DNA of 64,000 nt. Origin: Marsupella aquatica (taxonomy: Eukaryota > Plantae > Marchantiophyta). The stretch is from assembly GCA_973895155.1 (NCBI GenBank), contig OZ316891.1, positions 11,778,771 through 11,842,770 of the forward strand. Reading direction: 5' to 3'. The notes below the pieces were generated by a model, which saw only the letters and a program-made list of their open reading frames with translations, had not been told where the DNA came from and made no database searches. Both the position numbers and the translations under genes were made by a program. Every line of letters starts with the position of its first letter. Within the stretch, counting starts at the first letter, position 1. Below are positions 13,291-26,627 of this stretch, in pieces.

Positions 13291-14268
13291 TCTAAATCCG
13301 TCACACTAGATGAATTGACCAACGGTAATGCCGATGAAAAGATCTAAATCTGACTTGCCCCTGGCCGAGTGTAAGTCCTAAATGACAAATAAAAGGGAAT
13401 CCCCAAATCCAACTTCCCACAGGACAATGTCTCACAAATCCGTTGACTCATTCAATTTAGGCCCGAAAGTGCCGCTTCTAAGACCCAAGCCCCACAACCC
13501 GATAGGCGATGGCCACCAGAATAAATGCAGCAACTCAACTCTGTAGTCCAGCTAAAATCTCGGTCACAATTCTTCGGATTCAAGCAACACAAGATCTTCG
13601 AGTCTGCAACCCACCACGTTGGAAGCGAAGAGCTCCGTCCGGCTCCTGTCAATTGACTCGCAATGCCGGCACAAGGTCACCGCAACCCAGGTCCCTCCCC
13701 TTATATACGAACTACAGTTCTTCCCTGCGATGGAAATTCTCAATCAAAAACAGCAACCGTGAAGGTGAAGTCACTCCGATCTACAGTTCTTCCCTCCGAT
13801 GACCGTTCTCAATCAAAAGGAGCAACCGTGAAGGTAAAGTGACTGCGCCGAGATGGTCGGACGAAATTGCTCTCATCTCCGTTCCTTTACCAGTCGTCAA
13901 TCTTTTCAGTTCCAAATCTCAGGTACACTGGTACAGTGTGTGATTCTGAGGTCGTTCCTTTCATGAGTCTGTCTGGTACATCCAAACGTGGTTGTATCAT
14001 CATTTCCCAATTTCCCACGCCGATGACTAGCGCTGCGATGCCTGTGCTGGACGCGTAGGATGCTCGTGCCTGCTGTGCCGGCCACAGCGTGCCGAAAGCC
14101 CGAAAGCCTGGTCTCCCGGGCGAAGAAAGAGTACAGTACTAATCAGTGTGGTGATAATTGGAATGGCGAAGACTCCGCCACCGGCTCGTGAGTTTCACAA
14201 AGCGACACATATTATTGCGGGACTGTAAATTGCAAATTAAAAACTGGCAGCGGAATACACAGTAGGTG

Positions 14269-14545
14269 TTCCAGCAGCATATAGATGTACAGCAAGAGAT
14301 TAAATGGGTTTTTCCATATTCTTCTTTTACAACCTTTAATTATCTCGTTCCAGCAGCAAGAGGTTATAATAAATGGGTTTTCCATATTCTTCTTTCACAA
14401 CCTTTAATTATCTCGTTCCAGCAGCAGGAGGTTATAATGAAAGGGTTTCCCATATTCTTCGTTTACAACCTTTAATTATCTTGTTCCACCAGCAAGAGGG
14501 TTAAACGGGTTTCCCATAGGTGTTTTTTTACAACCTTTAATTATC
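14269..14545. repeat. Tandem repeat, ~65-70-bp unit, about 4 copies
   Basis: TTCCAGCAGCAAGAGG...GGGTTTTCCATATTCTTC...ACAACCTTTAATTATCTCG repeated. Confidence 0.8.
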
Positions 14546-16659
14546 TGGCCACTAAACACTAAACAAAAGCCCAGATGGATCCAGACATTGTCCCTGCCTA
14601 TCCCCATGGACTGAGTAAAGTGATCATCATGTTTACACCAAAAAGAAAAAGGAACAGGTCGCAGATAGCTGTTAACAACTTTGACTACCTTGGGGAGAAA
14701 GTAGTCAAAATGTCATGCCGATCCTGAGTTATGGCTTGACACCTTTCACGATCAAGGTTGTCAAGGTACTCAAGCTACCAAGGAAACTGGTTCCGTAATG
14801 TAATTGAAACCGGCTGCAAACAGAAAGGAGACCGTTTACAGGTCAGATTTTAGTCAAAGTGTAAACAATGTGATCTGATTCAATCTAAATGTTCTGAGCA
14901 ACGGTAAGTAGACCGTTACTTTATAGGTCACATTTCAGTCAAAAATGTAAACAATGTGATCTGATTCAATTTAAATGTTCTGAGCAAGTACATCCAAGCT
15001 TTGAGTGACCATAAGGGTTCTCATTGTGACTCTTTGTATTTTTATTGAAGAGTGATCATCTGGGCTCTCGTTGTGACTCTTTGTATTTTTATTGAAGGGT
15101 ATGGGTTATTAATGGCTCCCATGCCAACCTGGCCCCAAGATTCTTGCATTAATTGGTGGCACTGATCAAAGTTTCAAAATCTCTGAAGCTTAATTTTTTG
15201 AAGACTCATAAGGAGGGCTAACAATAGGAAACCCATAAGCTTAAACCATCATGGACTCACCACCCTTGGGGGTTACTATTACCCATAACCCAGTCCATCC
15301 CGTTGGTTACAGCTTTACACTCGAGTATTGTCATTTCTGAATTTTCTCTTTGTCTTTTCAAAGCATTCTTGTAGATAAAACCTCCTTGTTACAGGAGCAT
15401 TATTGGCAATAGTAGCCCTTCACAACTAGAGCAGAAGCTCTCATTTTCTGGACATTACTATATACTTAGCAATGAGGGGGACTCGACATTAGGCTGCTCA
15501 TTCCATCAGTGAATGACTCTTGTGCCCTTTATGCCAACCACTGGCTCGTATATTGTCTTTATAAGTTAAAATAGGATAACATTAGAATGAACATGCTATG
15601 ATGTTGGCAAATTTTATGCTTTGAAGTTTTTCACACATGGGGAGACAAGTGGCACAATAAACCAGAACTGGCAAAGATGAGAATCTGAGAGGGATACTTA
15701 CAAGTTATGGGGAGACATCTTCTTCAGACAAATGTATCATGTGTGTCAACGCATGGCATGCACACACCACATTGTCAAGTGCACATGCCATCCCCTGCTA
15801 CCAGCACTGTTGCCATACTTGCCACCGTCGTTCTCAGTTGTTCTCCGGAATACGTTCAGGTTGTAGGTTGTCTTGGCTTCCATTCAGTTTTTGGTTCACT
15901 CATACCCTGTCACATAAGCATTTTTCTCCAAGATTCTTCTCACAAAAAACAAACCAGACAAATTATATAAGGTTTGCTAGCCTAATGTGTTTGCCAGTGC
16001 AATAGCTGGGTATTAAGGATGCTGTCAGTACACATAGCAAAATAAGTTCTATAAATGTTTGACAACCTTAGCTTAATGCTAAGGCCAACCACTCATCCCT
16101 TTATGGAATATTTAGTCTCCCATATACTAAGGCCGGCCACTCATTCCTTTGTGGAAATTTAGTCTCCCTTCCTAGTCTCCCATATAAGGTCTACCAGCCT
16201 ATGTTCCACTACATAATCCTAAACTATAATACAAGGTTGCGCCTTTTTATGAAGTGGTTGTCATTCAAATTTGCAGTGTCAAAAAATGTTAATCATGTTA
16301 AAGAGAAGGAATAAAAGTTATATTAAATTTAGTGTGCACCAAAAAAATAATAAATACATTCCAAACAAGAGGGGAATAAAATGGGAGACACAAAAGTAGG
16401 GAGCCAATGCTAGAACCAATGGGGCACACAAAACAAGAGAGTGAATGTACATGCATGAGTATCAAGGAGGTATACACATGAAATACCAAAGTACATAATA
16501 TATATGATACTATATATAATAATGTTATTAATTTAATTAAAATTAGGTTAGACTACAAAGACAATATCAAAAGCTGTAATAAAATGTTACTTTTTATTTA
16601 TTATAGTAGTCATTCAAATCTTTTCTCTCATTGACTTATTTTTCTCACCTCCATATGTT

Positions 16660-17575
16660 TTTATCTAATATGACATCTTTTCCTCACCTTGCTATATTTT
16701 CTTTCTTTGACATATTTTTCTCAGCTCGAAATGTTTTCTCTCATCGACATCTTTTCTTACCTTGATATATTTTCTCACCTCAACATGCATCATTTGTGCA
16801 AAGCACAGGTATCAGGCCCAATATGTACTTAATAACATCTTTTACTTCACAACATCTTTTAGTAATGACATACTTTATCTATTGACCATTTTATACTTAA
16901 CAACATCTTAATACTTGATGACATCTTTGGCATAACAATATGGTTGGTGACATGACATCTACATACTTGACACAATTTTTTACTTGATGATCTTTAGGGC
17001 AACATGCCATCTTTGGCAAGATGACTTCTTTTTCTTAACAACATCGTTTTACTTCATGACATTTTTCACATAAGAACATCATTCTTGGGAAACACAACAT
17101 ATAATTCTCTTAAGAGCATTTTGGGTGCCACAACACTTTCCTCTTAGCGACATCTTGTGGGACACTACATCTTGGGTGCCACAACATCTGTTTTCTTAAC
17201 AATATCTTGGGCGCCATGATATCCTTATTTTAATGATATTTTGGGCGACACAACATTTTTTTTCTTAACGACATCTTTTGTGCATTGCATGGGTAATTCC
17301 CTCAATGATGTCTTGGCCGACACGACATATTTTCTCTCCTTGATGTCTTTGCCGACATGACATCTTTTTTTCAACGACATCTTGGCCGGCATGACAACTT
17401 TTTTTCAACGACCTCTTGGCCAACATGACATCTTTTTTTCTCAACGACATTTTTTCTCTCCACGACCTCTTGGCCGACACGACATTTTTTCTTTCCACGA
17501 CCTCTTGGCTGACACAACATCTTTTTTTTCTCAACGACATCTTGGCCGACACGACTTCTTTTGTGCAATGCACGG
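16660..17575. repeat. Degenerate minisatellite built on (C)AACGACATCTT(GGCCGACACGACAT)T(n) units
   Basis: Many GACATCTT/AACATCTT cores separated by T tracts, most regular at 17290-17570; produces spurious repetitive ORFs on the minus strand. Confidence 0.7.
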
Positions 17576-19440
17576 GTATTGAGCTTATCCCATAAAGGAA
17601 TAAAGGAATGGCAGCTGACCTTCACCGTATAAGTTAATTTGTGGCCAAAATTTAAACAACTCATTACTCCTTACCAAAACCAAAACCCAGGCAAGTACCA
17701 TCTACATTAGACAGTGCAATTGTGACGATGTGAGTCGAACTTATACTTTAGACCTTTACATTTCAAGAATAATTGCGCGAAAATCGTCCTTGAAACGCCT
17801 TGAATTTTTTCCAGCGCTACCGATTGAGCTTGAAACGCTTTAAAGATGGGCACAGGCAGTCTTCCCCGCAGTCTTCTCGTTTAGCCACTGAAAACAATTG
17901 AATACTTGCAACGCAGGAGGAGCTACAGGGAGATTAACCTACACGTCAAAAAGAAGCAAACCCAATCATCATCACTCACTGTGACTATAAATCTCTATTG
18001 TTGCCTTCGCCTTCCTTTGGAACAAATTCCTCTCGATCTGCCAATTTGACACTCTCTCAACTCCCATAGGACAACACTGCATTGACTTAAATCCTGAATG
18101 TTGATCGAGTGCCGGCTATTGTTTTGTGCTTGCGGTGGTGGTCTCGCCTACTTTGTTGCAGTTTGGTGACAATTCTCTGGAACCCATGAGTCCGACTGTT
18201 GACTACAAGACCTTCTGTGTTGTGCTGGCGTTATGGAGGTCTACATTACTATCGCTACTCAGGCCAACGACCATCATCATTGGAAGAAATAATCTTGGCA
18301 GGTTACTTTGTCCGCATGAGGGATATTAAGTTATAGCGTTCAACAGGCAATCGACAAGAAAGCATTACTTTTGAATTTTTTGAATGAGCCGCTGGATGAG
18401 TCGATGGGCTAAACCAGCGTGCCTCAAGTTTAAAAGGAGTTGCACAGACTGAGCTTTATTATGAGTACAGCAGAGAGAAACGTGAGAGCGCAACTGAAAT
18501 TATTTAGAGCAAATGTAAAATTGACAATTCAACCCAGGCGTTAAAAGTCAGACAACCGGCCAGAATTTCTTATACCATCTTCTACGGCTGCAAACTATAT
18601 AAGGCTTTCGACGTACTTCTTCAACCTCACACTCTGTCGATCTGTTACTTTTCATTTCTAACGTGTTGGCCAGTGCTTGCCCTCACTAATATTAGTACAA
18701 GTGTGAATCCACTCTACTTTCTGTCAATATATTGTTTGGTAGGAGATGTCTTTGCGGATCTGCTATATAGCTATAACAGGGATTTTCATGTGCACTCGAT
18801 CCCTGAGTTGAAGTCTTCATCTTATCAACAAGTGCAGGTAGGCTAGCTTTTGCCATTTATATCTCCATAAGACGATCGTGTACGTTGTACTGGAGGGATA
18901 ATTTAGAAGGTAATTGACAAGAGCTTTCGATAAATGTGTATCTCATGTTGTCCCTTAGATTAACACCCACTCCATGGTGCAGAAAGTACCCAGAGCCCAT
19001 CGCTACTAATGGGTGCATAGCTTTGGTCCACATATAGCTATTGTATACATGAGTGACAGTGTCCTCAAAGAGGCTTTCCAGTTATTGTCTTGTACAATGA
19101 CGGCAACAGGTTCTACCCACCTACAAGTACTGGGTACGATTCATGCCCCAAATGTAGTGCATGATTGCGATGCTACAATACAGGACACAATTAGCACCAA
19201 TGTTTCACGTTCTTTATGTGTCGTACAGATTGGGACGTGAGTTAATAGGCAGCCGCCAAAACGGGTCAAATGATTGTTATTCACGATTCGTCATGTTTAA
19301 GGAAGGATTCAAGGGATTGTATCGAGAGTATTCTGGACAAGAATTCTCCTTCTTCATAAGCTATACATGCCAGTGCCACAGTGAACATGAACAATCGTGA
19401 GAGATAACTAAAGGCAAAATCAAACTCCTGTACTCGGGAG

Positions 19441-21633
19441 ATGGATGGCGATGATCTAGACGAAGTCTTTTACAATATGCTGACGTCCAAGTCCAGCACT
19501 CCGGAGATGGACTCCGATGAGGAAGAAGTGTTTCCCACTGCGCTGAATTCCAAGAAGACCGGTACTCGGGCGATCGATTGCGATAGTGATGTCGAGGAGG
19601 TGTTTCCCACTACGCTAACATCCAAGTCTACCGCTAGTCGGGAGCTGGATTGCGATAGTGATGTCGAGGAGGTGTTTCCCACCGCGCTGAGTTCCAAGTC
19701 GACCGCTACTCGGAAGATCGGTTGCGATAGGGATGTCAAGGAGGTGGCTTCCACCGCGCTGAATTATAAGTCGACCGCTACTTGGGTGATCGATTGCGAT
19801 AGTGATGTCGAAGTGGTGCTTCCCACCGCACTAAATTTCAAGTCGACCGCTACTCGGAAGATCGATGGCGATAGTGATGTCCAGGAGGTGGCTCCCACCG
19901 CGCTGAATTCCAAGTTGACCGCTACTCAGGAGATCGATTGCGATAGTGATGTCGGAGTGGTGCTTCCCACCGCACTAAATTTCAAGTCGACAGCTACTCG
20001 GAAGGTCGATTGCGATAGTGATGTCGAGGAGGTGTCTCCCAATGCCAAGCTACTTCTGACCGCAGATGGCAAGCGCCTGTTCCGAATTCGTCGCACGGTT
20101 ATGGAAATGCTTAGGGATCGAGGATATCTTGTTTCTAATTCAGAGCTTATGCGGTCCCCAGAACAATTTTGTGTCAAATTTGGCGAGGCGCCCAATAGGG
20201 AGAATTTGAAATTTTGCACTGCTAAGACATCAAACCCGGAAGATCGAGTAAGGGGGGTCATTTATATGAAAGGCCGATTTCAATTTCGTTTCCTGCCTTG
20301 TTTCCTGCTTAAGGCATCGGTCCCATGTATTTGAGGAGCTCGTGTAATGAGCTGTGATCGAGTTTTTGAAGTTTACATGCTTTTGAAGTTTTCTTGATAC
20401 TATTTGCCAAGGCCGCACCAAGCACGAAATCATGCGTTGAAATTGACTAAGTGGTTAGTTGGCATGCCATTGAATTGACAGATCTTGGTGATCTTGCCCA
20501 AGCCAACAGGTAAAGACAAGGTGGGAAAGCCAACCATAGACGAGTGTGCAGGCGACATGAAGGCGAATGATACTCGTCGAGCAATTCTAGTGGTGCAGAA
20601 GCCTCTCACTACATTTGCTAAACAGTCCATTGCGGTGCTCGACAAACCGTACGAATTGGAAGTTTTTCAGGTTTGCACGCCGCAACTGTCCTTTGGTTGT
20701 CAAAGTCTTGAGAGTATATCGTAACCAGTGTTAAAGTCTTGAGAGTATATCGTAACCAGTGTTAAAGTCTTGAGAGTATATCGTAACCAGTGTTTTGAAT
20801 ATATGTAATTTCTCCCCAGTCTATTATCGAATATCATCATAATTTTGGTGAAAAAGTCGCTCTGTCTAGCTGTTCAAAAGCATCGAGTACGACGATTTTA
20901 TCTGCTCATTCTAATACAGGAGACAGAGCTGCTAGTGAACCTCATGGACAGCGTGTTTGTGCCAAAACATCAAATCCTCCTTCCCGAAGAGAAGAAAGCT
21001 CTGATGGAGAAATACAAGATAAATTCAGATGGCAAACAGCAGGTACGTGGGAAGAGTCGCAGGTGTCAGATGTAAGCGCTAGTATATCCAAAACTATGGA
21101 GATCGAAGATCTAATAAGAAAACCTTTGTGAACAACTAACATAGAGCTTCCAGATCGAAGACTATCGTTCAATCACGATATTACATGCATTGAATGCTCT
21201 TGAATGATATCCAACGCAATATATTCCGTCGAGATAAGCCTGGAAGACAGTAGGAAGTGACCGCATCTTTCAACTATATATGTGGGCCCCGAGCTTTAAA
21301 CAGACACATTGCCTACGTTCCACCAATTGTTTCAGTGTGATGAGATTTACGACAGAAAATCTATCCAAATGACCAGAATGATTTTGCCCATAAGAGAATC
21401 TCGAGCTATATTCAATGTGCAATATTTATTTTCTGCACGGGTTGATTAAACTGACCTGTTTCTGTGCATTGTTGAATCGATGGACCAATCAGCAGCTGCC
21501 GATTCTTCAAAAAACAGATCCTGTGGCTCGTTATCTTGGACTAGAGAAAGGTCAAGTAGTCAGAATCATTCGCCCTGGAGATTGTAGGGACCCCTCTGCC
21601 CAACATCAAGCTATGTACCGAATAGTCACCTGA
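19441..21633 (+). CDS. RPB5: RNA polymerase subunit RPB5 paralogue with a ~200-aa tandem-repeat N-terminal extension; exons 19441-20247, 20482-20670, 20920-21042, ~21496-21633
   Basis: [62 protein letters not shown] and [26 protein letters not shown] are RPB5 hallmarks; GT-AG introns keep the frame. Confidence 0.9.
19500..20040 (+). repeat. Coding tandem repeat, 72 nt / 24 aa, about 7.5 copies ([24 protein letters not shown])
   Basis: GATTGCGATAGTGATGTC recurs with a 72-nt period (for example 19576 and 19648) and stays in frame. Confidence 0.95.
20702..20794. repeat. Perfect 31-bp tandem repeat x3 in an RPB5 intron
   Basis: AAAGTCTTGAGAGTATATCGTAACCAGTGTT three times. Confidence 0.95.
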
Positions 21634-23581
21634 TGAAAAGACCAGACGCAACATATCCTTTTTTATGCCTGGAGCTGTTTACCAAGCTCTGTGCTTGTGG
21701 GATTGTTGGCGGGCCGGGACTGTTTCTATAAATCAAACAGTTGGTGAATGACATATATGGGTTTCGTTTATCGAGCGAGTTTTCTCTTGGGTTAATGAAA
21801 GAGATATGGGATGCAGCTGGCAGTGCGATCCACATCAGAGTGGCTCAAGCAATGTTCATCTCTTGTTTCCGATGTCATGTAGAATTTTAGACTTTTGGTG
21901 GTCTTTCCAGGCGATTGAGAGGGAGTGAGAGAGAACTTACGCACCATTGCTCATGAATGGAAATCGATGCATCTATCCACAAATTTTGAGATCATTGCAA
22001 GGCCAGACTCATTTCTAGCGCAACACGTCGGTGCTTGATTCGGAAAGATGGCTCATTACATGAAGATCTTGGTAAATGAACACGAGCATTGCCTTTGGCT
22101 AGCTAGATTGAAATATAAGGTCTATGTCTCGAGGCTGTCGACCATCGCGACATTTAAGGAAGTATTTACGAAGAAAACTGCACGAGATATGTATTCTCAG
22201 TATGACATAGGACAACGTTTGGTGCACGTTAGTAATTACCGAAATTGGATTTTGAGCTATTGTGTCTATTCACTCTTAATGGCCTCTGATTGCATACTCC
22301 TGGGCTTCCCTGACTATTGAGGACAGTGACCGTGGTCTGCCGTTAATTACTTCGTTCCAGGAAATTAATGAGGATGGCCTACTTGGATTGCTTCAGGCAA
22401 ACTGAGGCTGCTGGATTTTGTAATGCGTGACTTGTCCTGGATGCTGCCCCCCCTCCCCGTCTTGATAGCGGGCAATCAGCGTAGACTTCTACAAATGGAT
22501 CAGTGGCTCCGTATCTTTCAATTTGAATGATTTGAAGAAATTAAGACAAAGTGGTTCGAATTGTTCAGCTGGGATCGATCCAATGTGTAAGCGTTGAAAT
22601 ATCTGGCATCGAATATTCACCTGACCAGAAGATCGATACATAACGTGTCATTTATTTACATCGATGTGGGATCTTTGCATGGTTGCATGTTCAGCATGCA
22701 TCGAGTACTTGGTAAGATAATCTGCTGTAGTTCTGTTATCCACTGAATCCTTACTTTGTTGAATACACATAGACTGAGCAGGGAAGTGAAGCTACTAGTA
22801 CGACACATACAAGCAGAATAAATCCAGGACTATTTTGTTTTAAGAGACTTCGATTGTGTACATACATTTTGTTCATGGACAGATAACTATATCGACAATC
22901 TCATTATGCATGTTGACCAATTGCGAAGGTTTGGGATGCTTTGTAGCTCCGACCTGGCTTATTCAATTCAAATGGTACAGCCTGTTTGCGTGCCTCGTGA
23001 CACTACTTCGAGAGCTACTTAGGCCAATGTACGTCGGAACATTTTGATCTACGGGAATTACTATCAAGATTTATTGACATTCTTCGCACATACAGCTAGT
23101 ACCGGTCGTCCCTTTCTAGATTTTGGGGACAACAAGCAACTCTATATATCAATCTGTCAAAGTTTTCAAGGGGTTGATCATCGCACAGCCCCAGAAATTG
23201 AGTTTATAAACATGTGTAGACCAAAAGTAATTTATTTGTCGGGCACACCAGTGTGAGCCTGCGCTTCGCGTGAGACAGTAGCCAACTTTGAGTAGAATTT
23301 GACAGTTGAGACTGCTGCTTCAGGCTGTAGGAATGGGAGATTGGAGTGGAGCCAGGACTAGCTGGGCATTCAAGTTGTTGTTGGAGCCCGTGTCTTTGGA
23401 CTGCTTATTAGGAACTGGAGCTAGGTACCCCGATTGCCGTCGTGACGTACGTTGCTCGTGGCTACTACTACGTGGGTGACTACAGGATGGGCTGAATGAT
23501 TTGGCTTTGCGAACTCGAACTGTCGTGCCAATTCAAGCACATGAGTTCGCGGACTATATAGCTCGAGTCGAGCATTACGCT

Positions 23582-25009
23582 TTATCGTCCACTAGTTGTA
23601 CCTGTACTCGTGTTTACGGGTGCCGGAGAAGGAACAGGGGCCGGAGCTGGAACAGGAGTCGGGGTGGGACTTTTGGCTGCAGGGGCTGGAGTTGGAACAG
23701 GAGTCGGGGTGGGGCTTTTGGCTGCAGGGGCTGGAGCTGGAACAGGAGTCGGCGTCGGAGAGGCCGCAGGCGTCTTTGGATTGAAGACTCTGCAGTTTAG
23801 GCGAACTTCGCCTTCGGGGGCGAGGAGGACAGAGATACTGGACATCCTGGTCATGGCGGCGGAGAAGTCGGAGAAGAAAGGGTTTGGAAACGGGCTTGGA
23901 AAGGTGGCCTCCTCGGAGACGATTTTGGCACCGGTGGCGTTGCTGAGCAGTGCAGCGTCGGAGATGAAGAGGCCCTTGTGAGCAAGTACCTTCGAAATTG
24001 AAACATGTGGTTAGACATAGGTTCCAAGATACTGTTTCAAACCGTTGATGCAAACCTAGGAAAACTTCTTGTACCTAGCTTGCTACAAAAATAATCACAA
24101 CCAAAGCAGAGTCCTGTGCAGAAAATCAAAGAACGTTCCATCTGACTATAAATCTTATTGAGTTTTGAGAAGGTTGAGTTCACCTTTTGTACAGGCCCTG
24201 AGTGTGTGCTTATCTATGTTCTTTGACCATAGATACCATTGATTCTTAATAAAAGAAACTGATTCTAAGTTTTTTGGGACCATGATGCACTTTCCAGCTA
24301 CTGATCGAGTTTCTGTAATTAATTCTTCATTCCAGATCAGTAAGTTTTTGATCGAGTATCTGCAAGTTAGACTGCATTCCAGATCAGTAAGTTTTTAAGG
24401 CATGATTGAAACCGTTTAGGCAAGTAGCCAAGGGAACGTACATTCGTGTAGTACATGTTGTCGAAGGTGTCGTTGCCGACCGTCGGGTCCATTGGCAAGA
24501 CGGTCCTCGATTTGCCGTTGCTGAAGGGGCACTCAGATTTCAGTTGCTGGGCGTAGGTGGGATCTAGATTGGGATCCACGCCCCCTGGGCCCGTGGAGTT
24601 GTATAACCGGCTCTCGATCACGTTGCAATGAGTGTTGCCAATTGTGTGCGCACCTGTGAATCACCCACGGCAGGAGCACGAATTTAATCATTACCTGTCA
24701 CGCAACATTTTCATCCAGATGAAGGCACGAACGAGCACGCCGTAAGCAATTAAGCAAGCAGTGTTGAGAGAATCCTGCACAAAACATGTCCCTTCACGTA
24801 CCGTAAACATCGGATCTCATATAATTAGCACATCCCAACATCTTATTTAAGCTGATCGCTACAGTGATCGGATTGCAAACCGAAAATGAGTTACGGTAAA
24901 TATGGATGTCCTGCCGAAGCTAAGAGCTCTCAGAGTGTCTTGCATTGGATCAGTCCGTGCAACCTCTCCGAATTTAGTGTGGATCTGGTAGCTCGACAAC
25001 AAATTAATG

Positions 25010-25057
<48 letters not shown>

Positions 25058-26627
25058 GCGTTCATATACGCATATGTGCATGCTACTATCACTGTCGATC
25101 CAGGTTCAGAACATCCACAAATTCAGTGCGAATTTAGACGCGATGGGTCGATCAGCCTCACAACTTTCGACAAGATTGTGTTCCGTTGAGAAAGGATGAG
25201 AGGCAAGCAATGTCAATTTTAAAATATGACAGTATTGTAGACATCAGTCTTAGATCTATGTTATGTAAGAATGCACGACTTCTTCTACTACTTAGCCATG
25301 GTTATTAAGTTCGGTCATGGCCCTATGAAAAGTGTGTCAGAAGTGTACTGGTAGGCTTGCCTTACCTGAGAGTACTACCATGTCATGCTCGCTCAAGCCT
25401 TTAGCTAGAAACATGTTGACGAGCTGAGGGTAGAGAGCAAACGGAGGCGGTAAATTGAAGACGGTCTCTCCTGCATTGGATGTGTTTCCATCTCTCCGGC
25501 CAAGCGGTAGGAACCACGATGGACCCTTGATCTGCAGCCAAATGAATGACAATGGAATGTACAGGCAATGAGCTTGGGCTAGCTACCTTCCATCCATGAC
25601 CATTCGGCCATTTGGGAAGCTTGAAGAGATTTCGTACAATAATTATGTACAATAAAATAAACTAGCATCAGACGAACGAGGTTGTAGCGTACAAAACTGA
25701 TAATCTTATTACTTAGACTAGATAGGGCTGTCCAAACTCTAAACTCGAAGTCTATCGGGTCAGACAGATTTGAATACCTGGAAGACGGCTGATCGAGCCA
25801 CCAGCGCAACAATGTCAGCGCAGGATACCGTCCCAGGACATGCGTCCTCTAGCGCACTTTTCACGTTGTCAATTACTTCAAACCCTCTGAGAGAATTAGC
25901 GTTGCCACGGCCATCCTTCTCTGCTACTTGTGGGGGTATGGAGTCGATCAGTACAGAAGCATCGCATCCCTGAATTTAATGCGGGCACTGATTTATTTTA
26001 GTTTTGAGCTTAGTAAGACTACGGATTAGACTTTTCAACTGATTCGAATGGAAAGTAAGGTAATCAATGTTACGTCATATTCCAATCATTGTAGTCACGC
26101 ACGAGTGACATGTTTGATGTAAACGTGCATGTATCTTGCGGTTTATCATAGATAGTAGGAAAAACCATCTCCACTCTACGCTATATTAACAATCATACTG
26201 CGGTCTTACTCTCCATGAATTGCCTCTTCGTAGGCAGGGGGTTCTGAAGCCTTGAGCAACAAAAATTGATCACGAGTCATCTACAATAATCCGCTCGAAA
26301 TCAATAAGCTTAAAATCCAAGTCAATAATGACAGAAGTGACACACAGGAGAACTTACCCTGACGAAGCAATCATGGAAGTGAAGTCTCAGAAGACCTCCA
26401 ACAATGTTTTTGGACTGCTTGATGGCGTTGAAGACCACATGATCCACAATAGAAAATACCTTAGGGCAAGTTACGGCGTAATAGCTTGTTGTTAGAGATG
26501 CCTGAGCGGGTGCCTGAGCAAATGGCCCACTGGCCTCACCATTGACAATGCCCACCAGACTGGAGCTCACCAATAGCTGTAGAAGAAAAAGTGTGACACC
26601 AGTTTGCATGACCTGTCGGTTGCTCAT
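23582..26627 (-). CDS. Class III secretory peroxidase with a C-terminal Pro/Ala/Thr/Ser-rich (AGP-like) tail; exons 26627-26358, 25969-25778, 25531-25366, 24653-24442, 23989-23582
   Basis: Signal peptide, LLRLHFHDCFVRGCDASVL, CPGTVSCADIVA, LGRRDG, DMVVLSGAHTIG, FDNMYY, GLFISDAALL, GEVRLNC. Exons 2 and 3 have the canonical 192 and 166 nt sizes. Confidence 0.95.
25014..25053. repeat. (TA)n microsatellite in a peroxidase intron
   Basis: About 20 TA units. Confidence 0.95.

Noticed and set aside
17265-17664. Lys-rich repetitive ORFs
   Set aside because: Derived from a minisatellite; no domain or splice support.
23501-23981. Gly/Ala-rich plus-strand ORFs
   Set aside because: Antisense shadow of the peroxidase Pro-rich last exon.
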